64,000 nucleotides of DNA from Candidatus Latescibacterota bacterium (lineage in GTDB: Bacteria; Latescibacterota; UBA2968; UBA8231). The DNA is taken from assembly GCA_965203175.1 (NCBI GenBank), contig OZ241867.1, forward strand, positions 5,632,001-5,696,000, given 5' to 3'. The notes below the pieces were generated by a model. That model did no database searches. It had not been told where the DNA came from and worked only from the letters and a program-made list of their open reading frames with translations. This document shows, piece by piece, positions 40,029-48,609 of this stretch. A program made the position numbers and the translations under genes. Every line of letters begins with the position of its first letter. Within the stretch, counting starts at the first letter, position 1.

Positions 40029-40183
40029 GAACGGACTCCTAATTGATAATTTCCGGCTGCCAAGGACCGTTTTGAGTTGGAACCCCTTGAAGTCCGGAGC
40101 CGTATTTGGTTACTTGTACTTTTACGTCCGACAGAGTCGGAATCAATATAAGTCACCAGCCACCATGATCACAGGGAAACGAG

Positions 40184-41041
40184 ATGATGACCCCCGAACA
40201 GCGCTATTTTTTTGATTTAACCGGCTACCTCCATTTGCACGGCGTGCTGAGTGAGAGCGAACTCCGCCCCGCCCAAGACGCGGCCCAGCGCTACATCGAC
40301 GCGCCGCCGGATCAGCTACCAGAGGGCTTTCGCATTGACCTCAACCGCGAGCACTTCAACTGGTACCTCTACGCCTTCGCCTTTGACAAAGCCCTCGAAC
40401 GGCTGGCCATGCACCCCAAAACCTGGCCCATCCTGCTCGAACTGACCGGCGGCAAACCCAAGTTAGGCGGCGGCAATATGATGGTCGATGTCCACGGCAA
40501 ACCTTTTCATCCCCTGCATTCGGGACTCGAATCAGACCTGCGCAAAAACCGGCCGGGCTGGCGTCGCAGTTTTGTCAAGGACGGCAAAATATACAACAAC
40601 GACCTGGTGTTTTTCTTTTATCTCACCGACGTTTTCCCCGGCGACGGCGGGCTCATCGTCGTACCCGGCTCGCACAAGGCCAATTTCCTGCGCGAACATG
40701 ACTACTTCTATCCAGGAAGCTACACCGCCGACGGAGGCTACAACGACGATTATTTCAGCACTGAAGTGCCCGAAGGAGTGGCCAATCCCACGCCTAGAGC
40801 CGGCGACGTAGTCATCATGTCCGAACACCTCACCCACGGCGCGCTCTCCTGGGAGCCCAAAGACCGGGACCGCCGCTTTCTCACCCTGCGCTACGGCGTG
40901 CAGCACATCGGCCCCTCCGACCCCTTTCCCGACGGCGTCAAGGCCCAATTGTCTCCCGAAACCTTGGAGCTAATCGCCGTGCGCGACTTCAACAACCGCA
41001 AAGAAATCACCACGCGCGATACACTAGAATTGACCGTATGA
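40184..41041 (+). CDS. PhyH-family Fe(II)/2-oxoglutarate oxygenase (HxG variant)
   Basis: 'EQRYFFDLTGYLHL', 'LTDV.PGDGGL..VPGSHK', 'AGDVVI..E.LTHG..W..RR'. Confidence 0.85.
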   Translation: MMTPEQRYFFDLTGYLHLHGVLSESELRPAQDAAQRYIDAPPDQLPEGFRIDLNREHFNWYLYAFAFDKALERLAMHPKTWPILLELTGGKPKLGGGNMMVDVHGKPFHPLHSGLESDLRKNRPGWRRSFVKDGKIYNNDLVFFFYLTDVFPGDGGLIVVPGSHKANFLREHDYFYPGSYTADGGYNDDYFSTEVPEGVANPTPRAGDVVIMSEHLTHGALSWEPKDRDRRFLTLRYGVQHIGPSDPFPDGVKAQLSPETLELIAVRDFNNRKEITTRDTLELTV

Positions 41042-42501
41042 ACGAACTGCTGGTCGAACGCCTGCCCCCCATCGTCGATATCGGCCCCGAACGCCAGCTC
41101 TTCCTCGATGATCTGTTGATCGATTCGCTGGAAAACGCCGCCCGCTTTGTGCATCAGCCGCGCAAACTCGCAGAAAATCCCGTCTTCGAGATGGAAAAAC
41201 CTTGGGAGGGCCAGCGCTTCCTCTACTGCGATATAGCTAAGGACCGCGACAAAGGCACATATAATCTCTGGTACAGCATTTACCCCGAAGTAAATAGCCC
41301 CGGCCTGTGCTACGCCGTCTCAGAGGATGGCATCCACTTCGAGCGCCCCGAACTGGGGCTAGTCGAATTCAATGGGTCAACGGCCAACAATCTGCTCGCC
41401 CTGCCAGCGGGCTTTGCCCATGACATGACGGTCGCCAAAGACGAACGCGAACAGGACCCGGCGCGGCGCTACAAAATGGCTTACTATTACGGGGGTGGAG
41501 TGGGCATGGCCTGGTCGCCCGATGGGCTGCGCTGGACCGCGCACCAGCCCAATCCAGTGATCGCCCCCACGGGCGATGCCTCTCAGTCCCTGTTTTGGGA
41601 CCAGCGCTACGGACTGTACGTCATGTACTTGCGGCCCAACGGCCACCACAAAAAGCGCACCTGGCGCAACCGAGGCGTGCCCTACGACGCCTCAGTTTTT
41701 CCCACTCGGCGCATGGGGCGGGCCGAGAGCATTGACGCCGCTTCGTGGACTCATATCGAAGAAGTGCTCACCCCGGACCAGCGCGACGGCCCTGGCACAG
41801 AGTTCTACTATATGCCCGTGCTGCCATACCAAGGCGCTTACCTCGGGTTTCTCAATGTCTATCACGAGTTCACCGGCGATTCTCAACCGCTAGCGGGCAC
41901 CAACTACACCATCGACGCCCAACTCACCTTCAGCCGCGACGGCCGCCAGTGGACGCGGGTCTGCGACCGCCAAGTCTTCCTCCGCGGCGACGAGCAAGCC
42001 TGGGACGAAAAGCGCTTGTACATCGATCACGTCCAAGTCGAGGACGAATGCATCCGCATCTACTATCGCGGCTCGAACATTCCGCACGCCGGCATCAACG
42101 ATTTACTGGGTACGCAACACAACGGCCGGCCTTTGCGCGGCGATGCCCTAGGTATCGCCGAATTGCGAGTGGATGGCTTTGTTTCTATTGCCGCAGGAGA
42201 CCAGCCGGGAAGTCTGACGACCCGCCCGCTGCGCTTTGACCAAGGCAACGCCCTCCGGCTCAACGCCGACGCCAGCCAGGGCGAAGTGCGCGTCGAGGTG
42301 CGCACCCTCTACGGGGCGGTCATCGATGGTTTTTCTTTAGGCGAGTGTCTGCCGCTAAGCGCAGATTGCACGACCCACCAAGTCCAGTGGCGCAGCGGCC
42401 GCACGCTGGCAGAACTCGAGGAGCCGGTGCGCCTGCATTTCAGCCTGCGCCAGAGCCAGCTCTATTCCTTCCAAATCGTTGCACAAAGAGGTACAGCATG
42501 A
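41038..42501 (+). CDS. GH-like beta-propeller protein (paralog 5 of 5)
   Basis: 'RQLFLDD', 'NPV..PWE', 'YAVSEDG..FERPELG..ANN', 'DPARRYK', 'SRDG..W', 'LRVDGFVS'. Confidence 0.6.
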   Translation: MNELLVERLPPIVDIGPERQLFLDDLLIDSLENAARFVHQPRKLAENPVFEMEKPWEGQRFLYCDIAKDRDKGTYNLWYSIYPEVNSPGLCYAVSEDGIHFERPELGLVEFNGSTANNLLALPAGFAHDMTVAKDEREQDPARRYKMAYYYGGGVGMAWSPDGLRWTAHQPNPVIAPTGDASQSLFWDQRYGLYVMYLRPNGHHKKRTWRNRGVPYDASVFPTRRMGRAESIDAASWTHIEEVLTPDQRDGPGTEFYYMPVLPYQGAYLGFLNVYHEFTGDSQPLAGTNYTIDAQLTFSRDGRQWTRVCDRQVFLRGDEQAWDEKRLYIDHVQVEDECIRIYYRGSNIPHAGINDLLGTQHNGRPLRGDALGIAELRVDGFVSIAAGDQPGSLTTRPLRFDQGNALRLNADASQGEVRVEVRTLYGAVIDGFSLGECLPLSADCTTHQVQWRSGRTLAELEEPVRLHFSLRQSQLYSFQIVAQRGTA

Positions 42502-43352
42502 CCCCCGAACAGCGCTACTTCTTCGACCTGACCGGCTACCTTCACCTCCAAGGCGTGGTGCAAGGCGCGGAATTAAAAGCAGCCCAAGACGCGGCCCAGC
42601 GCTACATTGACACGCCGCCGGAGGAGGTGCCCGCCGGCCTCGAAATCAATCTCGAGCGCGAGCACTTCAACTGGTATATCAATGCCTTCGCCTTCGACAA
42701 GCCCCTCGAAGCGCTGACCCTCCACTCCAAAACCTGGCCCATCCTCAAGGAGTTGACCGACGATCGGCCGCGCCTGACCAGCGGCAACCTGATGGTCGAT
42801 GTCCACGGCAAGCCCTTCCATCCCCTGCACGGTGGCGTCCCCGGGTCACCGGCCCGCAATCCAGAGCAGGGACGCTACAGCACAATCGGCGGCAAAGTCC
42901 AGTGCAATGACCTAGTCTTCTTCTTCTACCTGACCGACGTCTATCCCGGCGACGGCGGGCTTATCATTCTCCCCTGCAGCCACAAGAGCCACTTCGACTA
43001 TCCGCGGTCGCTTTTCTATCCCGACAGCTATACGGCAGATGGATACAACGACGAGTACTTCAGCACCGAAGTGCCCGAGGGAGTGCTCAATGTAACGCCC
43101 AAGGCCGGCGATGTGGTCATCATCTCCGAATTGGTCACCCACGGCGCGCTCTCTTGGGTGCCCAAAGACCGCGACCGCCGCTTTCTCACTCTGCGCTACA
43201 TGCAGCAGCACGAAAGCGTGCGCGGCGGTCTAGACCGTTTCTCCCCAGAGGTCAAGGCTCGACTTTCGCCGGAAACCTTGGAACTGGCCGCACCCGCTGC
43301 CTTTACCCACACCAAGGAAATCGTCGAACAAGAAGTCGTCACCCTGAGCTGA
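42498..43352 (+). CDS. PhyH-family Fe(II)/2OG oxygenase (HxG variant), close paralog of 40184
   Basis: ATGA overlap at 42498; near-identical N-terminus MTPEQRYFFDLTGYLHL and many shared DNA blocks. Confidence 0.85.
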   Translation: MTPEQRYFFDLTGYLHLQGVVQGAELKAAQDAAQRYIDTPPEEVPAGLEINLEREHFNWYINAFAFDKPLEALTLHSKTWPILKELTDDRPRLTSGNLMVDVHGKPFHPLHGGVPGSPARNPEQGRYSTIGGKVQCNDLVFFFYLTDVYPGDGGLIILPCSHKSHFDYPRSLFYPDSYTADGYNDEYFSTEVPEGVLNVTPKAGDVVIISELVTHGALSWVPKDRDRRFLTLRYMQQHESVRGGLDRFSPEVKARLSPETLELAAPAAFTHTKEIVEQEVVTLS

Positions 43353-43355
43353 CAC

Positions 43356-44021
43356 TCAGTCGATCTCTTCCAGAGCAATGGCCCGAGTCCAACTAGCCGT
43401 GACCCGCTGCATCTTGAGCGGCAGGGCGATGAAAAAGACGCGGTCCTTTGTCAGTTGCTCCAATCCCAAGAGGGCGTCCACCATGGGAATACCCTCTTCC
43501 AGCAGTCGGCGCTCGGCATCGATGTGGGCATTGGGCACAGTGGATGGACCGTAGTACAAATTGCCGCCCGAGGCCAGCAACTTGATCCGCGTTTCAATAA
43601 AGAAATCCAGCACTTCGGCTTCGAAGTAGGGTAGCTCGCCGCTGTGTTCGGGGTTGGTGCGCACCAGCACAATATCGCCGCTTTTCACTCCTGCACGGCG
43701 AAATTCGTCGGCACTGATTCCCTCTCCTGACCCCTTGTGCGAAAAATCGCAGACCACGGCCTCGCCAATGTAGGACGCCAGCGGCATGCCGGCCATGTCC
43801 GGCCCTTCATCTAGGTATTTGTAGGCCCCTTCGCAGTGCGTGCCATTGTGCGTCTGGCTCTGAATGAAGTGCATCCGGGCCCCATAGGCCATAAACTCCT
43901 GCACCTCCACCGAGCGGCCGTAGAAAGGCTCGCCGTGCAGGTAGTGCCCGTCGATTTTCTTCTCTCCGGGAACCATCTCGTGCGATAGGTCGACAATGCG
44001 GTACTTGCTCAGATCAATCAT
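43356..44021 (-). CDS. Cyclase / kynurenine formamidase-like metallohydrolase
   Basis: 'IVDLSH', 'HNGTHCE' (HxGTHxD-like), 'GDIVLVRT', 'FIALPLK..RAIA'. Confidence 0.85.
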   Translation of the reverse strand: MIDLSKYRIVDLSHEMVPGEKKIDGHYLHGEPFYGRSVEVQEFMAYGARMHFIQSQTHNGTHCEGAYKYLDEGPDMAGMPLASYIGEAVVCDFSHKGSGEGISADEFRRAGVKSGDIVLVRTNPEHSGELPYFEAEVLDFFIETRIKLLASGGNLYYGPSTVPNAHIDAERRLLEEGIPMVDALLGLEQLTKDRVFFIALPLKMQRVTASWTRAIALEEID

Positions 44022-44123
44022 TTTTTTCCCCTCAATAGAAGTGAATACAGACAGGCGCTGGATACTTCCAAATAGCGTATGGGAGTTTCCTATAGAAGTC
44101 AGTGACCGAGGCGGATTACTGCT

Positions 44124-44629
44124 CTAGTTGATTCTCTTGAGCACCTCTCGACACAGATCGGCTGAAATCCAGATATCATCGTGAGTAATGATGGTCTCCA
44201 TAAAAGCATTGACTTCAGCAGAGGAAATCAAGTTTTCTCGATAGGCTTGAACAAGCAAGCCTAATGTGCCTTTGACAGTCAAACCGAGCCTTTTTGCCTC
44301 TTCTCTCGCCTTCAGGTCATCGAGTAGTATTAGGCTACCCGATTCTTGCATACTGAGATAAATGGCTTCTTTTTCACCTGTATCCAGAGACAGTGAAGCG
44401 ATCTCAAATGGAAAATCATCCGGGGCTATTTCCTCAACGATGAGTTGCTTTTGACGGATTGCTATTTCGGCCCTCTTTGCATCGATGTGCCCTTGCCTTC
44501 CTCCCTCGATGACGACCTCTCGGTGAACATTTGTAGGATGCTTACCTGACCGAATAGCCGAAAAAGAATATCCAAAGCACCGATTTTACCTAGTGCCATT
44601 AGAGGGCCGGAATTACAAAAGACCTTCAC
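44124..44629 (-). pseudogene. DUF3368 PIN-domain protein, frameshifted at ~44536
   Basis: GTG 44629 gives VKVFCNSGPLMALGKIGALDILFRLFGQVSI; one base is missing (ATC CT ACA instead of ATC CCT ACA); the other frame continues TNVHREV..LDTGEKEAI..LLDDLKAR..GTLGLL. Confidence 0.75.
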
Positions 44630-44889
44630 GCCAGTTCTTCTTGAATCTGGGTCTCACTCCAACGAGGTTGGATTCCAAAGGCCCGGGCCTGTTGCACTAC
44701 TTCCTGTTCTGTCAGACCGGCAATTTCCGCTGCCCGGCCAATCGATATAAGTCCCCGCTTATAGAGCAATAGGGCTTCCTGAATTTTGACCTGAGATAAC
44801 CCTAGCAACAATAGATCGCCTAGACGATCTTTGTAGGCTTCCAACTCTGCCATTTTATGGTCGGGAATTTCGACCGTCGTTTTTGCCAT
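44626..44889 (-). CDS. UPF0175 family protein (putative antitoxin partner of DUF3368)
   Basis: 'LYKRGLISIGRAAEIAGL' HTH; GTGA overlap with the PIN gene; SD AAGGAG. Confidence 0.8.
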   Translation of the reverse strand: MAKTTVEIPDHKMAELEAYKDRLGDLLLLGLSQVKIQEALLLYKRGLISIGRAAEIAGLTEQEVVQQARAFGIQPRWSETQIQEELA

Positions 44890-44975
44890 TAATAAGCTCC
44901 TTTCGGTCGTAAATCAATTAACTTGGCCATTGTTGTTTTGGGCTCTTTGTCAATTCGCTTTGATGGCTCGGGTCG

Positions 44976-46043
44976 TCAAAGCAAGTTACCAAATATCTGC
45001 TTTTCTTCAAGAAAATGTAAAAAATCGGGTATCTCCTTGTTCCCGTTTCTGAACAGTTTGACCGGTGCCATTCTCTCCGCTCCCATATATGCTTTCCCGA
45101 CTACGATCACACCGGAGATACGATGCAGAGCGGGTATGAAACTCGCACGGTCCGCAGCATCAGGATTGCCTGTCAAAGCACGTTTAATATCACTGCAATC
45201 ATCTTCCCAAGTGAACTCAGAGTGGCAGTTATTAACAGCTATGATAAAAGGATGCCCTAGGTCTATTCCACTCCAATGTTTGGCTTTGGCTTTGACGGAC
45301 TTCAAGAGCGGTCCATAACCGTCCATGCCCCCGCTCCGCCATGGTCCATGTATATGTCCTTCGCACTGTAGGAAAGGTAGCTTCAGAGTTCCCTTGAGAG
45401 TCCAATCTCCCACCTTGATCTCTGTTTCGCATTTTTCTTCAAATAAAATGTATTCAGGATAGAACCATGGTAACTTGCTATTTTTCTCGAACTCTTCCCG
45501 AGTAAAACGAGCCAGAAGTTCCTCAAATGGGCTAATTATCTCGGATTTCCTCAGATATTTTTTTAGTTGTCCCTCCGCCTTTAGCCAGATGTCCAGATGG
45601 GGATTAGGCAGTCCCTTTTTCAGTTTTGTGATTGCATCATGCTCTTGGTCAGTATCAGAGAAGTCCCCTTGGCCGAATCCACACACAGTAGCTTCTATGA
45701 AACACGATTGGCGGTCATTTTGAACGCGAAAATCGATTTTCTTTTTCGTTCTGGGCAAATCGCCCTCTATCTCGACGTCTAGGCCCAACCGTATCAGCAT
45801 TCGGTAGAGCTGCATCTCAAAGGCCGCGGCTTGAAACTCAGCGGAATCCTTGCTGCGAAGGCGTCCACGGAACGTCTCGCAATGCTCGATGGGAAGGTCT
45901 TGAAATAGCTCCTCTATCCATTCCCGATATTCAACAAATCCCGGCTCGCACTGTCGTTGAAAGAACTCAAAGGTCGTCTCGCCGGTACGGACCAGATCAG
46001 CGTCCAACGCATCGGTTTTGACAGTGAATAATGGTTTTTTCAT
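44976..46043 (-). CDS. Hypothetical protein, possible PD-(D/E)XK nuclease-like
   Basis: 'KKIDFRV....CFIEAT' motif; AT-richer islet. Confidence 0.55.
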   Translation of the reverse strand: MKKPLFTVKTDALDADLVRTGETTFEFFQRQCEPGFVEYREWIEELFQDLPIEHCETFRGRLRSKDSAEFQAAAFEMQLYRMLIRLGLDVEIEGDLPRTKKKIDFRVQNDRQSCFIEATVCGFGQGDFSDTDQEHDAITKLKKGLPNPHLDIWLKAEGQLKKYLRKSEIISPFEELLARFTREEFEKNSKLPWFYPEYILFEEKCETEIKVGDWTLKGTLKLPFLQCEGHIHGPWRSGGMDGYGPLLKSVKAKAKHWSGIDLGHPFIIAVNNCHSEFTWEDDCSDIKRALTGNPDAADRASFIPALHRISGVIVVGKAYMGAERMAPVKLFRNGNKEIPDFLHFLEEKQIFGNLL

Positions 46044-46047
46044 TCGG

Positions 46048-46431
46048 TTATATGGCTAATTCTTTAATGAGATCCTTCATCGGTATGATCAAGTGTCGAT
46101 GAAGAGCCTTGGCTACATCTAACCTCAGCGGCTGCTTGCTCGACAAAATATCGTCGATATTGGCATCCACTATGCCGCTCTGAGCCAGTAACGATTCCAC
46201 ATCCTTTGAGGTCAGCCCTGCTTGGTCCATAGAGAACTCAATAGCGGCAAGCGGATCTACATCACCCATCGGATGACACTCACGCTCATAGGCTTCTACC
46301 AGCAAGGATAAGGCTTTTAATTCATCTCCCTGCGGAGTGCCTGTGGGCGATCCCCACAGTTCATCAATGCGGGCCATAGCCCGTGCGTGATCAGCTTCAG
46401 TGCGAATAGGCTCTAAGCAGCGCATGGTCAT
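46048..46431 (-). CDS. higA: HigA-like antitoxin / HTH regulator
   Basis: 'PIRTEADH.RA..RIDELW..GTPQGDEL..L..LVEAYE..HP..DPL.AI.F.MDQ.GL...D' typical of HigA. Confidence 0.8.
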   Translation of the reverse strand: MTMRCLEPIRTEADHARAMARIDELWGSPTGTPQGDELKALSLLVEAYERECHPMGDVDPLAAIEFSMDQAGLTSKDVESLLAQSGIVDANIDDILSSKQPLRLDVAKALHRHLIIPMKDLIKELAI

Positions 46432-46469
46432 GCCTTCGCATCGGAGAGCTTATTGTACTCTGCATGGGG
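46428..46469 (-). pseudogene. C-terminal remnant of a HigB-like toxin
   Basis: Reads PHAEYNKLSDAKA* with TGA overlapping the higA ATG (ATGA); matches the HigB C-terminal 'THAEYDK'; no room for the rest before the upstream gene's stop at 46535. Confidence 0.55.
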
Positions 46470-46534
46470 AATCTCCACTAGGCTTAAATCGAAGTCCAAT
46501 TTACAGGAGTGAATGTAATACAGTTCGGGAAGGT

Positions 46535-47089
46535 TCAATCTATTTCAATGACTTCGTCCGATAGTTTTTCGGCCAACTCAGTCGACGGAATAATATCGAC
46601 CACGTCCATCATCTCTCTGGTTAATGGACTTTTTAGAAAACCTCTCAAATTGTCTGTCAAGTTATCCATCAGTATAACAGAGTCCAAGGAAGCCGTGCTA
46701 GTCGTTACGAGCCAGAACTGAAATTCATTCTCTGGTAAAAACTCTTTCACCTCGTCCTCCGAACAAGACAGGCGACACAGAACCAACATCGACCCATAAA
46801 GTTTGAGCCGGTGCTCTTTAAGAACTTCGTCGTAAAGCAAGTCAACTTGGTCGGCGGCGTCGAGGTAATCATACCTTTCTTTGAAGTCAATTATAGTGCG
46901 CTCTAAGTCGGTTTCCTCTATAAAAACAACGCTTTGGTTATCCTTGCTGACCGTTACATAGTCACAGCACTCGCATGTTCCAAGTCCGGCGGCGCTGCGC
47001 ATGTTGGATCCTTTCTTCGTGCTATCCATCCGATACGCTTTGACGCCGCCGGCAGACTCTATTGGCTCGGCGAATTGGGATAAGGGCAT
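46535..47089 (-). CDS. Hypothetical protein, putative nuclease-like partner of the upstream ATPase
   Basis: 'CCDYV....VVFIEET' D..E motif; starts 1 nt after the ATPase stop. Confidence 0.6.
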   Translation of the reverse strand: MPLSQFAEPIESAGGVKAYRMDSTKKGSNMRSAAGLGTCECCDYVTVSKDNQSVVFIEETDLERTIIDFKERYDYLDAADQVDLLYDEVLKEHRLKLYGSMLVLCRLSCSEDEVKEFLPENEFQFWLVTTSTASLDSVILMDNLTDNLRGFLKSPLTREMMDVVDIIPSTELAEKLSDEVIEID

Positions 47090-47090
47090 T

Positions 47091-48461
47091 CTATAGCCCT
47101 TTGATGTAGAGATCAGAGAAAGGCTTAGTCAACGACTGTTTGACCTCTGCCATCACCGCGTCCATGTCGCCATTCCATTCGGCATCCGGTGGAAACTTAT
47201 TCAATCTGACGAGCTCCCGGTCTTCTGGTTTTTCCTTTACATGCACCTCAAGCCACTTGAGGATCGTCATGCTATGGGTAGAGACCACCACATTGACTCC
47301 TTGACGGGCCAATTCAAAGAGAAACGCCGCCATTTCAACTTGCCAAGCCGGATGGAGATTCGATTCGGGTTCATCAACAAAAAGAAAAGAGTCTTGGTCT
47401 AAGGCCCCTCGCTCAATTAGCAAGGCCAGCATTCCCATATTTGCAACCCCCGCTGACGTGAGAGAGAGCGGAATTGACTTGCCTTTTTGTTGAAATTCAA
47501 GATCGCCCTCTTCACTCAACGAAATTTTCCCGCCAATCGCATCGTGCAGACTTTTGTGGATTTCGGCAAAAGGATGTTCTATGCGCTTCCTTCTGAGGGC
47601 AACAGCCATGTCGTAGAAGTAGTCTGGGACTCCGTTCAAAGAAGTCTCGAAAAGGGAACGTGGGTCGAGCTTAATCGACTCCAAAGCACTTTTCAGTTTC
47701 CAATAAAGCGGAGATTCTAAATAGAATACGCTAGGGAACGATAGCACGTTCTGAATGACTTGCGGACTAGGAGTGAACTTGGAAACCTTGTCTGTATCCA
47801 GTAATTCGCCCACTCCTTCAACGCTGAAATACAAGGGGGAATCGCCGTCCCCTTTGAGATTTGAAAAACTAGCCTCTTGAAAATTTCTGCTCACGTTCTG
47901 AGAATACCCGAAGTCCCATCCTGCACTAATCGCCGATTCCACGTTCCTGAAATGACGTTCCAAATCGTTTATAAATGCTTCAAGAGAGCCATGAATCGTA
48001 TCAATAAAGTCAATGGGGTCATCTTCCCTTGTTTTGTCAACATGGTCTTTAAGGATTCGGGAATGCCCTCTTATCGTCTCAATCTCAGCCATTAATTTGG
48101 GTTGCACTTCCTTGAGCTTGTCGAGTTCATTTTGAATCGGCTGACTTGGGAACGCCTCCTGTAGGATAGAGTCGATCTTGTAGATTCCCTTTCTGATTTC
48201 GGCCAGTGAGCGTTTTTCTGGGACGCTTAGTAAATGATCTCTCTGATCGAAATGGTGCAAATGTACTCCGATGAGGCGGGCCATTGCATGAAAAAACACT
48301 CGCGCATGATTCTCGTTCCTCGCCCTAAGAATCGAATACAGCATCTTCGCCACGAACGTCTTGCCCGTATTATTCGGCCCGGCGAATACCGTAAACTGAC
48401 CAACTTGGATAGTCGCCTCGTCGATTGGTCCAAAATTCTCAATTTTCAACTCAAGGTCCAT
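47091..48461 (-). CDS. ABC-type AAA ATPase (AAA_15/AAA_21, AbiEii/OLD-like)
   Basis: 'LKIENFGPI', Walker A GPNNTGKT, signature LTSAG, Walker B LFVDEPE.NLHP, H-loop STHS; no TM partner. Confidence 0.85.
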   Translation of the reverse strand: MDLELKIENFGPIDEATIQVGQFTVFAGPNNTGKTFVAKMLYSILRARNENHARVFFHAMARLIGVHLHHFDQRDHLLSVPEKRSLAEIRKGIYKIDSILQEAFPSQPIQNELDKLKEVQPKLMAEIETIRGHSRILKDHVDKTREDDPIDFIDTIHGSLEAFINDLERHFRNVESAISAGWDFGYSQNVSRNFQEASFSNLKGDGDSPLYFSVEGVGELLDTDKVSKFTPSPQVIQNVLSFPSVFYLESPLYWKLKSALESIKLDPRSLFETSLNGVPDYFYDMAVALRRKRIEHPFAEIHKSLHDAIGGKISLSEEGDLEFQQKGKSIPLSLTSAGVANMGMLALLIERGALDQDSFLFVDEPESNLHPAWQVEMAAFLFELARQGVNVVVSTHSMTILKWLEVHVKEKPEDRELVRLNKFPPDAEWNGDMDAVMAEVKQSLTKPFSDLYIKGL

Positions 48462-48584
48462 AAGTCTCTTCCTTGAGATTCTCCATAGGTTTCCCAAGCG
48501 GCAACTAAAGACTTGGGCTATATCGTACCTCAGCGGCGGCTTGCCCGATAGAATATCGTCGATATTGGCATTCCTCGCATCGGA
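48462..48584 (-). pseudogene. Internally deleted second higA copy (degenerate repeat of 46111-46166 and 46436-46445)
   Basis: 48516-48571 matches 46111-46166 at 49/56 nt (hand alignment); TCGCATCGGA at 48575-48584 equals 46436-46445; translation NIDDILSGKPPLRYDIA versus HigA NIDDILSSKQPLRLDVA. Confidence 0.7.
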
Positions 48585-48609
48585 TTAGTACGCCACCGCT
48601 ATGTAAAAG

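Noticed and set aside
46148-46162. Palindrome AATATCG-T-CGATATT (also ~48553-48567) as a HigA operator
   Set aside because: It lies within the higA coding sequence (NIDDI) and its copy is explained by the higA remnant; no independent support
44124-48584. Islet as an IS, prophage or integron
   Set aside because: No transposase, integrase, terminal inverted repeats or attC-like sites seen
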